Source: an uncultured Gammaproteobacteria bacterium (lineage in GTDB: Bacteria; Patescibacteriota; Microgenomatia; Levybacterales; GWA1-39-11). From it: a stretch of 64,000 bases of DNA. Both the position numbers and the translations under genes were made by a program. A model generated the notes under the pieces. The model was given only the letters and a program-made list of their open reading frames with translations, was not told where the DNA came from and made no database searches. Below, piece by piece: positions 1-9,496 of this stretch (the stretch's first letter is position 1; every line of letters starts with the position of its first letter). The stretch is taken from contig CAYYLC010000002.1 in assembly GCA_964472415.1 (NCBI GenBank), forward strand, positions 96,470 to 160,469, in the 5' to 3' direction.

Positions 1-150
1 TTTTTTTGCTCGTTTTTCCCAAAACACAATTACATCATGTATCTGTGGAGCATGAAGCACATACGGAAGACTACTCGCCAAAACATTATCACCTGGAGAA
101 AATTTCGGCATCATGCTATGTCCAGAAATTCGAAAAACTTTTAGAAGCAT
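1..150 (-). CDS. sodX: Ni-SOD maturation protease (S26 peptidase), runs off the left edge
   Basis: Not in ORF track. Manual translation MLLKVFRISGHSMMPKFSPGDNVLASSLPY...DVIVF shows the S26 GxSMxP...GD motif; starts 2 nt after the sodN stop. Confidence 0.85.
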   Translation of the reverse strand, partial: MLLKVFRISGHSMMPKFSPGDNVLASSLPYVLHAPQIHDVIVFWEKRAKK

Positions 151-152
151 TT

Positions 153-617
153 TTATTTGTGAGAAACAAGCTCCCCTTCTGTAGGAAACCCGGAAGAAAT
201 TCGGATAGGCTCAAATCCTTTTGTTTTATAAAAGATTTCAGAAATCACTAAGCATTTTTCTACTAATTCTTTCGCAAGATCCACATCAACTTTCTGTCTA
301 GTTTTTGCAGATAATCCCACCGCTTCTTGCAGTAGCTTTTCGAGTTGCGGGTTTGCTTCATAATGCTCTGGCTTAAAATAATCATTTTTTAACGTCATAA
401 GTTCTTTTTCAACTGTTGATCCGTGGTCTTCTTTTACCCGTATGACTCTTGCTACATCATGCATTTGTGTATGCTCACCGAGAAGCTGGCTCATGCGCAA
501 AACTGTATGTGCTGCAATCTGGAGAGGAGTAGGCTCATAAATCCCACAGGGAATATCGCAATGAGCATACGCCGTATCGTAAGGAAGTATTGAAGATATC
601 AAACTGAGGACTTTCAT
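153..617 (-). CDS. sodN: Nickel superoxide dismutase precursor
   Basis: Ni-hook AHCDIPCGIYEP after a short leader; sodX adjacent. Confidence 0.93.
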   Translation of the reverse strand: MKVLSLISSILPYDTAYAHCDIPCGIYEPTPLQIAAHTVLRMSQLLGEHTQMHDVARVIRVKEDHGSTVEKELMTLKNDYFKPEHYEANPQLEKLLQEAVGLSAKTRQKVDVDLAKELVEKCLVISEIFYKTKGFEPIRISSGFPTEGELVSHK

Positions 618-639
618 TGTGTATAATGTATATCATAGA

Positions 640-1176
640 ATGAAATTGTCGTCAAACGAGCTGGCATTAGTTCAGAGCATTTTTACGTTTTGCCCAAACT
701 GCGCAACGAAATTCAATACCACAAATCTCTCCTCGAAAACTTGTCCTCATTGTGATCTCCACTTCTACATTAACCCTTCACCCACTACAGGAATAGTTTT
801 ACGAAATGAAAAAGGCGAAATACTTCTGGTTAAACGGAAAATTGATCCAGGAAAAGGATTGTGGGATATTCCCGGAGGATTTGTAGACTTAAATGAGGAT
901 CTGGAAACATCTCTTGCAAGAGAATTAAAAGAGGAGCTCGGAATAGACATGCATAATTTTACCTATTTAAAATCTAAAATAGATATTTATCAATATGGTA
1001 ATCGATACCAGCAAACAATCGGGGTAATTTTTGAGGGGACTATATCTTCATCTGAAAAACTTTCCGCATCAGATGACATATCTGACTTTAAATTTTTTAC
1101 AAAAGAAAATTTTCCAATTGATAAAATTGCATTTAAAAGTCTTGAAGAATTCTTTAGAGAATATTTAAATTTATAA
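640..1176 (+). CDS. NUDIX hydrolase with N-terminal zinc ribbon
   Basis: CPNC...CPHC, then Nudix box GGFVDLNEDLETSLARELKEELG; ATG at 640 preferred as start. Confidence 0.88.
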   Translation: MKLSSNELALVQSIFTFCPNCATKFNTTNLSSKTCPHCDLHFYINPSPTTGIVLRNEKGEILLVKRKIDPGKGLWDIPGGFVDLNEDLETSLARELKEELGIDMHNFTYLKSKIDIYQYGNRYQQTIGVIFEGTISSSEKLSASDDISDFKFFTKENFPIDKIAFKSLEEFFREYLNL

Positions 1177-1180
1177 ACGT

Positions 1181-2251
1181 ATGCTACAGAAACCATTTTA
1201 TGATCCTCAGAAAAGCTATGAAGAAAATTATGAAAACGGACCGTTCGGTGTATTCCAAAATAAAAAATTATACAAAAATTCTTCCCCTCCCAAATACAAC
1301 TTTCATGGATATAGGGTAAATCTTCCGTTTGGAATTCCAGCAGGACCACTCTTAAATAGCAAGTTTGTAAAAGGAGCATTTGAAAAAGGCTTTGATATCG
1401 CAGTATATAAAACTATTCGTACAAGATTTTTCCCGTGTCATCCGTTCCCAAATATTTTAAGCTTAAGCCTTACTGAAAATCTTACTCTCAAACGAGCAAA
1501 AACGCCACTTATCGCAACGAGCGATTACGGAGAGCCACTCTCAATCACAAATTCATTTGGTGTCCCTTCTAAGGATCCTTCTCTGTGGCAAGAAGATGTA
1601 GAAAAGGCAGTTTCCTATGCACAAGAAGGGCAGATTTTAGTACTCAGCTTTATGGGAACTATAAAAAAGGATCAAACACCAAAAGAATTCTTAGAAGACT
1701 TTAGTCTTGCCGCCAAACTTTCAAATGAAACAAACGCAAAAATCCTTGAAGCAAATCTCTCCTGCCCAAATATCGGGAATGAGGGACTGGTATGCTATGA
1801 CCTAAACATGACTCGAAAAATTACCGAAAAAATCCGCCGAAAAATTGGGAACAAACCGCTTATTCTAAAGGTAGGATACTACCAAAATAATTCTGACCTG
1901 GAAGAACTTGCGAGAATTGCCCATGATTACAGTGTATCAATCGCGTCTATCAATACTATTCCTGGGATAATTGTAAATAAAAACGGCAGTCAGGCACTTC
2001 CCGGGAATGTAGCACGACTCAGATCAGGTGTATGCGGAAGCGCTATTAAATGGGCAGGGATTGATCAAGTAAAAAGGCTGAAAACTATCCGAGAAAAAAA
2101 TGACTACAAGTTTTTTATCGAAGGAGTTGGTGGAGTTATGAACCCAGATGACTATCATGCATACAAAAATACTGGCGCTGATAGTGTTATGAGCGCAACG
2201 GGCAGCATGTGGAATCCGCTTCTCGCACAGGAAATAAAAGAAACTCTTTAA
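1181..2251 (+). CDS. Dihydroorotate dehydrogenase-like FMN enzyme
   Basis: PFGIPAGPL, NLSCPN, INT and GVGGV motifs of the DHOD family. Confidence 0.8.
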   Translation: MLQKPFYDPQKSYEENYENGPFGVFQNKKLYKNSSPPKYNFHGYRVNLPFGIPAGPLLNSKFVKGAFEKGFDIAVYKTIRTRFFPCHPFPNILSLSLTENLTLKRAKTPLIATSDYGEPLSITNSFGVPSKDPSLWQEDVEKAVSYAQEGQILVLSFMGTIKKDQTPKEFLEDFSLAAKLSNETNAKILEANLSCPNIGNEGLVCYDLNMTRKITEKIRRKIGNKPLILKVGYYQNNSDLEELARIAHDYSVSIASINTIPGIIVNKNGSQALPGNVARLRSGVCGSAIKWAGIDQVKRLKTIREKNDYKFFIEGVGGVMNPDDYHAYKNTGADSVMSATGSMWNPLLAQEIKETL

Positions 2252-3075
2252 GACTTTTGTGGAAGGGGGCAAATCATCTCAGCATCCTGCTTTGCTCGTT
2301 CCAGGTTTTCTTTATTGATTAACACATCTTGAAATGCTTCATCCTTCTTCTCCAACAAATCTCTGCATAGCACAATATCTTTTTCAATAAGTCGCTTCTT
2401 TTCAGTTTCTGATAATGAATTTAGGATCGTCACCGGATACATCTGAGGATCTTCGACTAAATCATGAAGGTTCCCCTCACCTGGGTAATTCCACGCAATT
2501 GCCGGAACTCCCTTACACTGCGTATATGCAGTTGCATCTTGTGAAAGTTTTGTATTCGTAATTAACCAAACATTATCAATATCATTTTTCTGTTTTACAT
2601 CCAAAAATCGAGCATAAGTATAGAGTGCAGTTTGGACATCACTTTTTGTACTATGTGAGTTATGAAACTTTGCCTCAACAATTTGCCGAGTATTATTTTT
2701 CATAAGCAATAAATCTATCTCGTGACTCACGCAGTCTCCCCGCATTGTAATCCCCACCTCAACACTATACCCTTGATCTCTAAAAATCCGAGCAAGATAC
2801 TGTTCGAAGGGAAACCCTGTAGGACCTAATTCAAAAATTGCCTGGCGAAGATTAAATCGAAGAGAAGACTTTCTATCTCTTGGCTCGAGAAAATTTACAA
2901 TTCTCTGATAAATTTCATCAGTTGTGATTTCTCCCTGCAGATCTTTCTTTATTTCCTGCATTACCTCATGCCGTAAATTATCCGGCACCCCAACACGACT
3001 CATAGAACGAAAGACTTTTTTTTCAGAGAACGGTTCTCGCTCTCCACTTCTTTTAACAACTACAATTTCGGGCAT
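2248..3075 (-). CDS. ATP-cone domain plus PD-(D/E)xK (Mrr-like) nuclease domain protein
   Basis: N-terminal VVKRSGEREPFSEKK (ATP cone); GFPFEQYL...EIDL...VEAK nuclease motif. Confidence 0.8.
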   Translation of the reverse strand: MPEIVVVKRSGEREPFSEKKVFRSMSRVGVPDNLRHEVMQEIKKDLQGEITTDEIYQRIVNFLEPRDRKSSLRFNLRQAIFELGPTGFPFEQYLARIFRDQGYSVEVGITMRGDCVSHEIDLLLMKNNTRQIVEAKFHNSHSTKSDVQTALYTYARFLDVKQKNDIDNVWLITNTKLSQDATAYTQCKGVPAIAWNYPGEGNLHDLVEDPQMYPVTILNSLSETEKKRLIEKDIVLCRDLLEKKDEAFQDVLINKENLERAKQDAEMICPLPQKS

Positions 3076-3122
3076 ATGATCATCATAACAATAAAAGGAT
3101 TTAGAGAACAAGGAGTGTGAGG

Positions 3123-4922
3123 TTAAATATTTTTAAGAAGAAAATTTATTCTTCTTATCAAATATTCGTGTGCCGAATTCGAGACCTCTTTATTCCTCGT
3201 AAGGCTTTTTACACTGTTTTTTAAATCATGGAGATACCTTTTTTCTAGGGTATTATTCTTTTGTGCCCTCTGTGCCAATTTTGCTTTTGTAGAAATTTCA
3301 ATGTATGCTCCTAGCTTCAACTCTTTATCCTTATATAAAACTTTTATGTTTTTTATAAGTGTTGGATATGCAACAGTCTCCAACACATAACTATCTGAGC
3401 TCGTGTTTTTACTAAAATCTATATAATAAATATCTGTCTCTTTATTAACCTTTTCATTAAATGAGAATTGATTCACATTACCTCCCTCATCATAAAAATA
3501 CGTATCTAAATTATAGCTTGTTTTCTCACTTGCAGAAATCTCGATTCTATATTCTCCACTAGACGGCTTAGAAAGATATACGATCTTTAATGGCTTCGCA
3601 TTTGATACCGCCTCTCCTACAGGATCAGAAATGGGCTCTTCAATTACCAAGTCCCCCACTTCATTACCATCTCCATCAAACATCTTAATGTCTACATTTT
3701 CATCCACAACAAGCATTATGTATGAGAGGTCAGTATTTGAGGGAGCAAACTGTGAGATATTTTGAAACGAATTCGCATATAACGCAAGACTACCTCTATC
3801 ATAATAGGGATCATTTATAAGAATATCATCATCAACATATCCTTTTCCCACGACAAAGTGCCCAGGAACGCTCAATATCGATGGAATATTACCATCAATC
3901 CCATCTTTAACATACTGATGATTCGATGAGTTGATCCGAGAGTATTCAAGTGCATCAAAGCTTACGGCATTACGGTTTGCAATCTGCTTAGAAAGCCGGG
4001 ACAACGCGAGCCAATTAACAAGCCCACCTCGAACATATCCATCAGGCTGAGATCTGAGCCAAGTATTCATACTCCCCGGATCAAGCTGTACACCGCCCAA
4101 CATTGTGTCAAGTCCATAGAATTGAAAAACCATCGCAGCAGAAGTTACCGCACACCCCCACGTCGCCATATCCGTTCCACCCACCGCCCATAAATTTGCA
4201 GTATCATACAGGTCATCATTCCATGGAGAAGATGTTTGCTTGAGAGCTGGAACGGGAAGGGAGACACCATCAACATGATCAAGAGTAGTAACCCTTACAT
4301 TATCAAACCATGTCTCAGAATTGGGATTAGCGCCAGTTCCTATTCTCAAAGCAACTTTCCCTGCTGGCATATATACCGACAGCTGTGCTTCTCTCACCAG
4401 CTTATCATCTATATATGCTTTTAAATTTAATCCATCTACAACAACTTTTATGTGATACTGTCTACCTGCCTGATATCTTTCAACACTTGAATAAACAAGC
4501 TCTCCACCCCGCGGATATGTGAATTCGAATCCTCCCGGAATTTGAAAATGCAACTCATACAACTGTCCTACTGACGGCAGCATTCTATACACTAAATTAT
4601 GGTCAACGCCCACACCGAACCTCACATCTGCTTCAAAAATATAATCGCTAATTGGTGTAGGCCACACACTATCATTTGGCATGATATTGCTCAAACACGA
4701 ACCTCTATTCGTAATTCGAGAATAAGCTTCTCCATTTTGCACAACCCAATCAATAGGACAATTTTCTAAAACCTCAACCCATCGAGAAGGGAATGAGCCA
4801 TTCAGATACAAATCAAAATTATCTTCAAAAATTACTTCTGCACGTACACTTAATGGGAAAAGAAACAAAAGGATAAGCGGAAACAATAAGGATAATAGAA
4901 TATAATAAAATTTTCTTATCAC
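3123..4922 (-). CDS. Secreted protein with a lectin-like beta-sandwich and a C39-like cysteine peptidase domain
   Basis: Signal peptide; KQ...W...GCAVTSAAMV...GHFVV...INDP matches C39-like catalytic residues. Confidence 0.7.
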   Translation of the reverse strand: MIRKFYYILLSLLFPLILLFLFPLSVRAEVIFEDNFDLYLNGSFPSRWVEVLENCPIDWVVQNGEAYSRITNRGSCLSNIMPNDSVWPTPISDYIFEADVRFGVGVDHNLVYRMLPSVGQLYELHFQIPGGFEFTYPRGGELVYSSVERYQAGRQYHIKVVVDGLNLKAYIDDKLVREAQLSVYMPAGKVALRIGTGANPNSETWFDNVRVTTLDHVDGVSLPVPALKQTSSPWNDDLYDTANLWAVGGTDMATWGCAVTSAAMVFQFYGLDTMLGGVQLDPGSMNTWLRSQPDGYVRGGLVNWLALSRLSKQIANRNAVSFDALEYSRINSSNHQYVKDGIDGNIPSILSVPGHFVVGKGYVDDDILINDPYYDRGSLALYANSFQNISQFAPSNTDLSYIMLVVDENVDIKMFDGDGNEVGDLVIEEPISDPVGEAVSNAKPLKIVYLSKPSSGEYRIEISASEKTSYNLDTYFYDEGGNVNQFSFNEKVNKETDIYYIDFSKNTSSDSYVLETVAYPTLIKNIKVLYKDKELKLGAYIEISTKAKLAQRAQKNNTLEKRYLHDLKNSVKSLTRNKEVSNSAHEYLIRRINFLLKNI

Positions 4923-4952
4923 TAAAATTAGTGTAGAATTATAAAATCTAAG

Positions 4953-5741
4953 ATGTCAATACGTAAAAACATATCAAACCTATCACCATATGACATAGAG
5001 CTTCTTCGCAACAAATTTGCAGAAAATAACCAGTATAAAAAATTCAAAGAGTTATATAAAAAAGGTGTCCCTGAAATTAAAAACAGAAATACCAATAACC
5101 TATGGAGTAAAAAATTTACAAAAATCGAAACAATTAACGAGAAAGATATGATGACAAAAGAAAAAATATCATATATCGCTAGCTTTCTGAAATCGCAGAA
5201 CGAAAAGTTTAAATTACTTGATATAGGAATTGGACAAGCATATCTGGAACAAGAGTTAACAAATAGGGGCATTAAGCTTCAGCTGTCTGCTGTAGATATC
5301 TCTGAATTAAGTATAGAACGAGTTAAGAAAAAATATAAAGGTGAGGCACATACTGCAGATGCTCTAACTATAAAGAAGCTATTTAAACCAAAATCGTTTG
5401 ATGTGATAGTAGCAATTGAAGTTATTGAGCACATTCCACCTCATCAGATCTTTTCACTTTACAAACAGGCTTACCAACTTTTAAAACCTGGAGGATTATT
5501 TATAATTTCAACTCCAACTAATGAAAATCTCTCAGAAATGAAAACTAATCCAAATGCCCATGTACGAGAATATACGATACCCATCCTAAAGACAGAATTT
5601 GAATTAAATAGATTCGAGATTCTAAATATCAAAACTCATGTAGCTTTTCAAACTCTTTATCGCTTTAAGAAAATACTCATGCACATCTTTCCTAATCGTT
5701 GGAAGCCAAACAACATCATAGTCATTGCTAAAAAAGTATAA
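4953..5741 (+). CDS. Class I SAM-dependent methyltransferase
   Basis: LLDIGIGQA, FDVIVAIEVIEH and LKPGG motifs. Confidence 0.88.
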   Translation: MSIRKNISNLSPYDIELLRNKFAENNQYKKFKELYKKGVPEIKNRNTNNLWSKKFTKIETINEKDMMTKEKISYIASFLKSQNEKFKLLDIGIGQAYLEQELTNRGIKLQLSAVDISELSIERVKKKYKGEAHTADALTIKKLFKPKSFDVIVAIEVIEHIPPHQIFSLYKQAYQLLKPGGLFIISTPTNENLSEMKTNPNAHVREYTIPILKTEFELNRFEILNIKTHVAFQTLYRFKKILMHIFPNRWKPNNIIVIAKKV

Positions 5742-5841
5742 TAATTATTTCAAATAGTTTTATCGCATTCCCCTTTACAGAATAGGCTCAAACTTCAAAT
5801 GAACCCCTTAACAACTCACTAAAAAAGTGTAAACTATATAT

Positions 5842-6372
5842 ATGAAACTTATTCTTGTGATGGTAACCTCTCTGGATGGGAGATCCACGAAAGGCACTGT
5901 TTCAGACACGCATGTCTGGACATCTCCTGAAGATCAGAAACACTTTCTTACCATCCGCGACAACGCGTCACTTCTCATTATGGGAAGCAAGACTTATGAG
6001 GCAGTAAAGAAATCCATGACACACGCTCCAGAAAAATTGAGGGTAGTTATCACGAGAAATCCTGAGAAATACGCGAGTGAAAAAATCCCTGGCAAGCTTG
6101 AATTTTCAAGTGAAGATCCTCGTGATTTGATAGAGCGACTGGAAAAAAAGGGCTACATAGAAGGATATCTCGTGGGAGGCGCTCATACCAATACTGAATT
6201 TATTAAGCAGGGACTTGTAACCGAACTATGGCAAACACTAGAGCCAAAAATATTAGGGGTAGGGAATGGCATTATCGGAGAAGAACTATCTGAATCTTCA
6301 TGGAAACTGTTAAGTTACGAAAAACTCAATGAGACGGGAACGCTTCTTTTGAAGAATAAATTTTTAGAGTAA
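5842..6372 (+). CDS. Dihydrofolate reductase / RibD C-terminal family protein
   Basis: MVTSLDG, IMGSKTY, LVGG and P.ILGVG motifs. Confidence 0.85.
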   Translation: MKLILVMVTSLDGRSTKGTVSDTHVWTSPEDQKHFLTIRDNASLLIMGSKTYEAVKKSMTHAPEKLRVVITRNPEKYASEKIPGKLEFSSEDPRDLIERLEKKGYIEGYLVGGAHTNTEFIKQGLVTELWQTLEPKILGVGNGIIGEELSESSWKLLSYEKLNETGTLLLKNKFLE

Positions 6373-7782
6373 TATTTGCTGACTATTTTTCTCCTCTAAA
6401 TTTTCTAGCGACACAATCTTTTTATAATTCTTTTCATCTTTCAGAAATGATCTCAGAATCTTATACACATCAAAATCTGTGAGTACGAGATCGGTATTTT
6501 TCTCACCATTCATAACCTCTTCATATTTTCCCAAATAACACCAATTATTAAAAACCAATCCTTCTGTTGATTCTCCATATTGTTCTCTTATCATAATAGG
6601 CCCGTTAAACGGCCAGGCGGTAAGCTTTGTTTTGGAAAACGCCATAACAAATCGAGCATTATAAATGGCAGGATTTTCTTTTCCTACACATGCTCCTTTA
6701 CACCAACCCAAATGGTAGGAAAAACAAGGACCGGAATTATTACTCATCCCGAGCATTTTCTCGCACAATGTGTAGTCTTTTAAAAGCGTTCGCAGGAGAG
6801 CAGTTGACTGCTTTTGGGATTTGGTTATCGCGAGAACATTTTCGATATTATCCACCTCTATTTCATTCGTAGTTTTTGTGAGAACAGAAAAATATCCATT
6901 CTTTTCAATTTGCTCCATATACGTAAGTCGCCTCGCGTATCTGAGCTTCCTATTATATATAGGCTGCAGTTTTTTAATCAGCTCTGACTCCAAAAGCAGG
7001 GCTCCTAATTCTCCTGATGTTTTAATTGACTCGATCCGTTTTATTTGCTGCGTTATCTCAAGTTCTCGAGAAGACTCGGTGTCGTTACTAAAGTGTGAGA
7101 GGACGCGTTCTTTTATATTCACACTCTTTCCGATATATAACGGGATCTCTCCATCTCCAAAAAACAAATACACTCCAGGCCCTTCAGGAAGTTTTTCAAT
7201 TTCTCCTACTAATAAATGTGGGGGAAGCGAGGGATTTTTGAGAATTTCAGCATATGCATTCTGGATTTTTTCCTCGGATACACTTTCTGGTATTTTTTGC
7301 AGAAAATCCCACACAACTTTTGCGTCATCAAGCGCTCGATGACGCCGTGCACATTCGATTCCAAATCGCTCAATAATATTATCCAGCGAATGTTTTCTAT
7401 ATGTGGGGAAAAGTGTACGAGAAAGTTTTACTGTACATAACTGCTTTGCACGAAACTCTCTATCATGACGTTTAAATTCACTCTTAACAAATGCGTAATC
7501 AAATCGAGAATTATGCGCTACAAATATTGCATCAGACAACATCTCTAAAAGCTCATCTTCAATATCTGAAAATGTAGGCATTGACACTAACTGTCCCGAA
7601 GAAATTCCAGTAAGATTTTCTATAAATGGAGAAATTGCTCCGCCAGGATTCAGAAGTGTTTCAAATGTTTTAACGACACTCCCTTTTTCGATTCGCAATA
7701 CGCCAATTTCAATAATTCGATCAAACGAACTACTTCCACCAGTAGTCTCTATGTCTACAACGGCAAGGTTATTGAGTCGCAT
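6364..7782 (-). CDS. DEDDh 3'-5' exonuclease (DnaQ-like) fused to a GIY-YIG (UvrC/Cho-like) domain
   Basis: DIETTG, HNSRFD, HRALDDA; GVYLF...LYIGKSVNIKERV; Cys cluster C..YHLGWCKGAC. Confidence 0.88.
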   Translation of the reverse strand: MRLNNLAVVDIETTGGSSSFDRIIEIGVLRIEKGSVVKTFETLLNPGGAISPFIENLTGISSGQLVSMPTFSDIEDELLEMLSDAIFVAHNSRFDYAFVKSEFKRHDREFRAKQLCTVKLSRTLFPTYRKHSLDNIIERFGIECARRHRALDDAKVVWDFLQKIPESVSEEKIQNAYAEILKNPSLPPHLLVGEIEKLPEGPGVYLFFGDGEIPLYIGKSVNIKERVLSHFSNDTESSRELEITQQIKRIESIKTSGELGALLLESELIKKLQPIYNRKLRYARRLTYMEQIEKNGYFSVLTKTTNEIEVDNIENVLAITKSQKQSTALLRTLLKDYTLCEKMLGMSNNSGPCFSYHLGWCKGACVGKENPAIYNARFVMAFSKTKLTAWPFNGPIMIREQYGESTEGLVFNNWCYLGKYEEVMNGEKNTDLVLTDFDVYKILRSFLKDEKNYKKIVSLENLEEKNSQQILL

Positions 7783-7851
7783 AAAAGGCTTCTCAGAATA
7801 AATGATTTCAGATAAATTTGCAACAAAAATACTCCCTACAGAAAGTGCAGA

Positions 7852-8793
7852 CTAATGAATCAATATCTCTACAAAAACAAATAATAAATACAGCATCAAT
7901 AGCAAAAATCCTTCCAGTCGTGACACCGAATTATTGGTTCTTGAGAAATAGTAAAATACAATAAGCCCTACAATAAGAAAAAGCAAGCTTACTAAATAGC
8001 TATTAGATAAGTAAACGGGTTTTCCATGTAAAAAAGTAAGGAGTCCGAATATAAATGTATTAAATGCTGCTGAACCTACATAATCTCCAAAGGCTACTTG
8101 ATTACTTTTCATAAACATCGATCGAACAACTAACGTCAATTCTGGAATATTTGTTCCTATCCCAATTATTAATAAGCTAATTAAGAATGGAGAAACGTGG
8201 AGTAGTTCTGAAAAGAAAATTGTCTGATCAACAACAAACCTACTTGCAATAAATATTATAACTACTCCTAAGAGGATTTTTAAAAATTCACGGCCGGTTT
8301 TAATTGATGAAAGTTTTTTTAAACCATCATTCGCATTAAATAGTCCTCTTTTTGTTTGAATAATAATTACAAGTATGACGAATAGCGCCATTGCGACGAT
8401 GCCATCTGACTGACTGACTTCTCCGTCAATAGAAAGAAGTACGGGCATAGCAATCGTGACAAGTGACAGCACTAATGAAACGCCTCCAAATTCTTTTGTT
8501 ATTTTGATTTTACTTCCCGTTATAGCAAGCAACGGAACAATCATCATAAAAATTACAATTGTTGCACCGATAAGATTTCCTACATATATTTCTGGATCAT
8601 TTACAGTAAGTGCATTTACTCCCACGGAAAACTCGCTTAACGAGGTGAAAAATCCCAGAATTATAAACGAGAGTGCAAACGAAGAAAGCTTGAGGTTTTT
8701 TGAAAGCCTCTCAACAGAACTAATAGCAAGCCCGGCACCTACCCAAACACCTACAAAAGAAAGCAGGTAGATGAGAAGATTTGATAGAACCAT
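7852..8793 (-). CDS. Sodium/calcium exchanger family (YrbG-like) antiporter
   Basis: About 10 TM helices; alpha repeats TSLSE...GNLIG and GTNIPE...GDYVGS. Confidence 0.85.
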   Translation of the reverse strand: MVLSNLLIYLLSFVGVWVGAGLAISSVERLSKNLKLSSFALSFIILGFFTSLSEFSVGVNALTVNDPEIYVGNLIGATIVIFMMIVPLLAITGSKIKITKEFGGVSLVLSLVTIAMPVLLSIDGEVSQSDGIVAMALFVILVIIIQTKRGLFNANDGLKKLSSIKTGREFLKILLGVVIIFIASRFVVDQTIFFSELLHVSPFLISLLIIGIGTNIPELTLVVRSMFMKSNQVAFGDYVGSAAFNTFIFGLLTFLHGKPVYLSNSYLVSLLFLIVGLIVFYYFSRTNNSVSRLEGFLLLMLYLLFVFVEILIH

Positions 8794-8983
8794 ACTAATC
8801 AATCATAACAGGTTTAAAAAAAAAGTGAAAATATCTCTGTTCAATAATATGCTGAATATATACATGTTTTTACAGGTTTTATAAAAAAACACATCGCTCC
8901 TATTGCTTGTTGGAGAAAGCTTCATCAGATATAATATGGGGACGGAATTAGAAGCTGAATATTTTTTAGTAAAATTCTTTTGT

Positions 8984-9073
8984 GGAGGAGTCGCATAGTT
9001 GGCCCATTGCGGGGGATTGCTAATCCCCTGAGTAGCAATACTCGCGCAGGTTCGAATCCTGTCTCCTCCGCCA
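8984..9073 (+). tRNA. tRNA-Ser(GCT), CCA encoded
   Basis: GGAGGAG/CTCCTCC acceptor stem, anticodon loop TTGCTAA, long variable arm, GGTTCGAATCC, ends GCCA. Confidence 0.95.
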
Positions 9074-9074
9074 C

Positions 9075-9157
9075 GGAGAGGTCGCATAGTGGACTAGTGC
9101 AGCGGTCTTGAAAACCGCCAACCGAAAGGTTCGGGGGTTCGAATCCCCCCCTCTCCG
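9075..9157 (+). tRNA. tRNA-Ser(TGA), CCA not encoded
   Basis: GGAGAGG/CCTCTCC stem, GCGGT-CTTGAAA-ACCGC anticodon arm, variable arm, GGTTCGAATCC. Confidence 0.95.
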
Positions 9158-9216
9158 CATATTCTCATAACCTACTTCTCTATTCATCGGTTGCCTGCTG
9201 TGCTATCATTATATAT

Positions 9217-9489
9217 ATGTACCAGCCTAAAAAACTTACTCCACATATCCAATATTCTAATACTTCAGCACTTCTTGAAATCGATGATGAACTAAATCCA
9301 TTTATCACGATACATCACGAAACATTAGACACCCATAACCTTCTTGAGTCACTCAATGATCTAAAAATCAGGCACTGCGGAGAACAGGTTCTTCTTACTC
9401 CTGATCTCACGATTCACGAAAACCAATTTGAACTATCCACAGACATTCCACCTCGACCTAAAAACTCTTTTCTGAGAAAAATATTTTAG
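9217..9489 (+). CDS. Hypothetical protein
   Basis: 90-aa ORF after a TATCAT -10 box; ends 7 nt before the VirD4-like gene. Confidence 0.6.
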   Translation: MYQPKKLTPHIQYSNTSALLEIDDELNPFITIHHETLDTHNLLESLNDLKIRHCGEQVLLTPDLTIHENQFELSTDIPPRPKNSFLRKIF

Positions 9490-9496
9490 ACTGTCT

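Noticed and set aside
8803-9087. 94-aa minus-strand ORF
   Set aside because: Antisense shadow of the tRNA-Ser genes (GGGDRIRT is the reverse tRNA signature).
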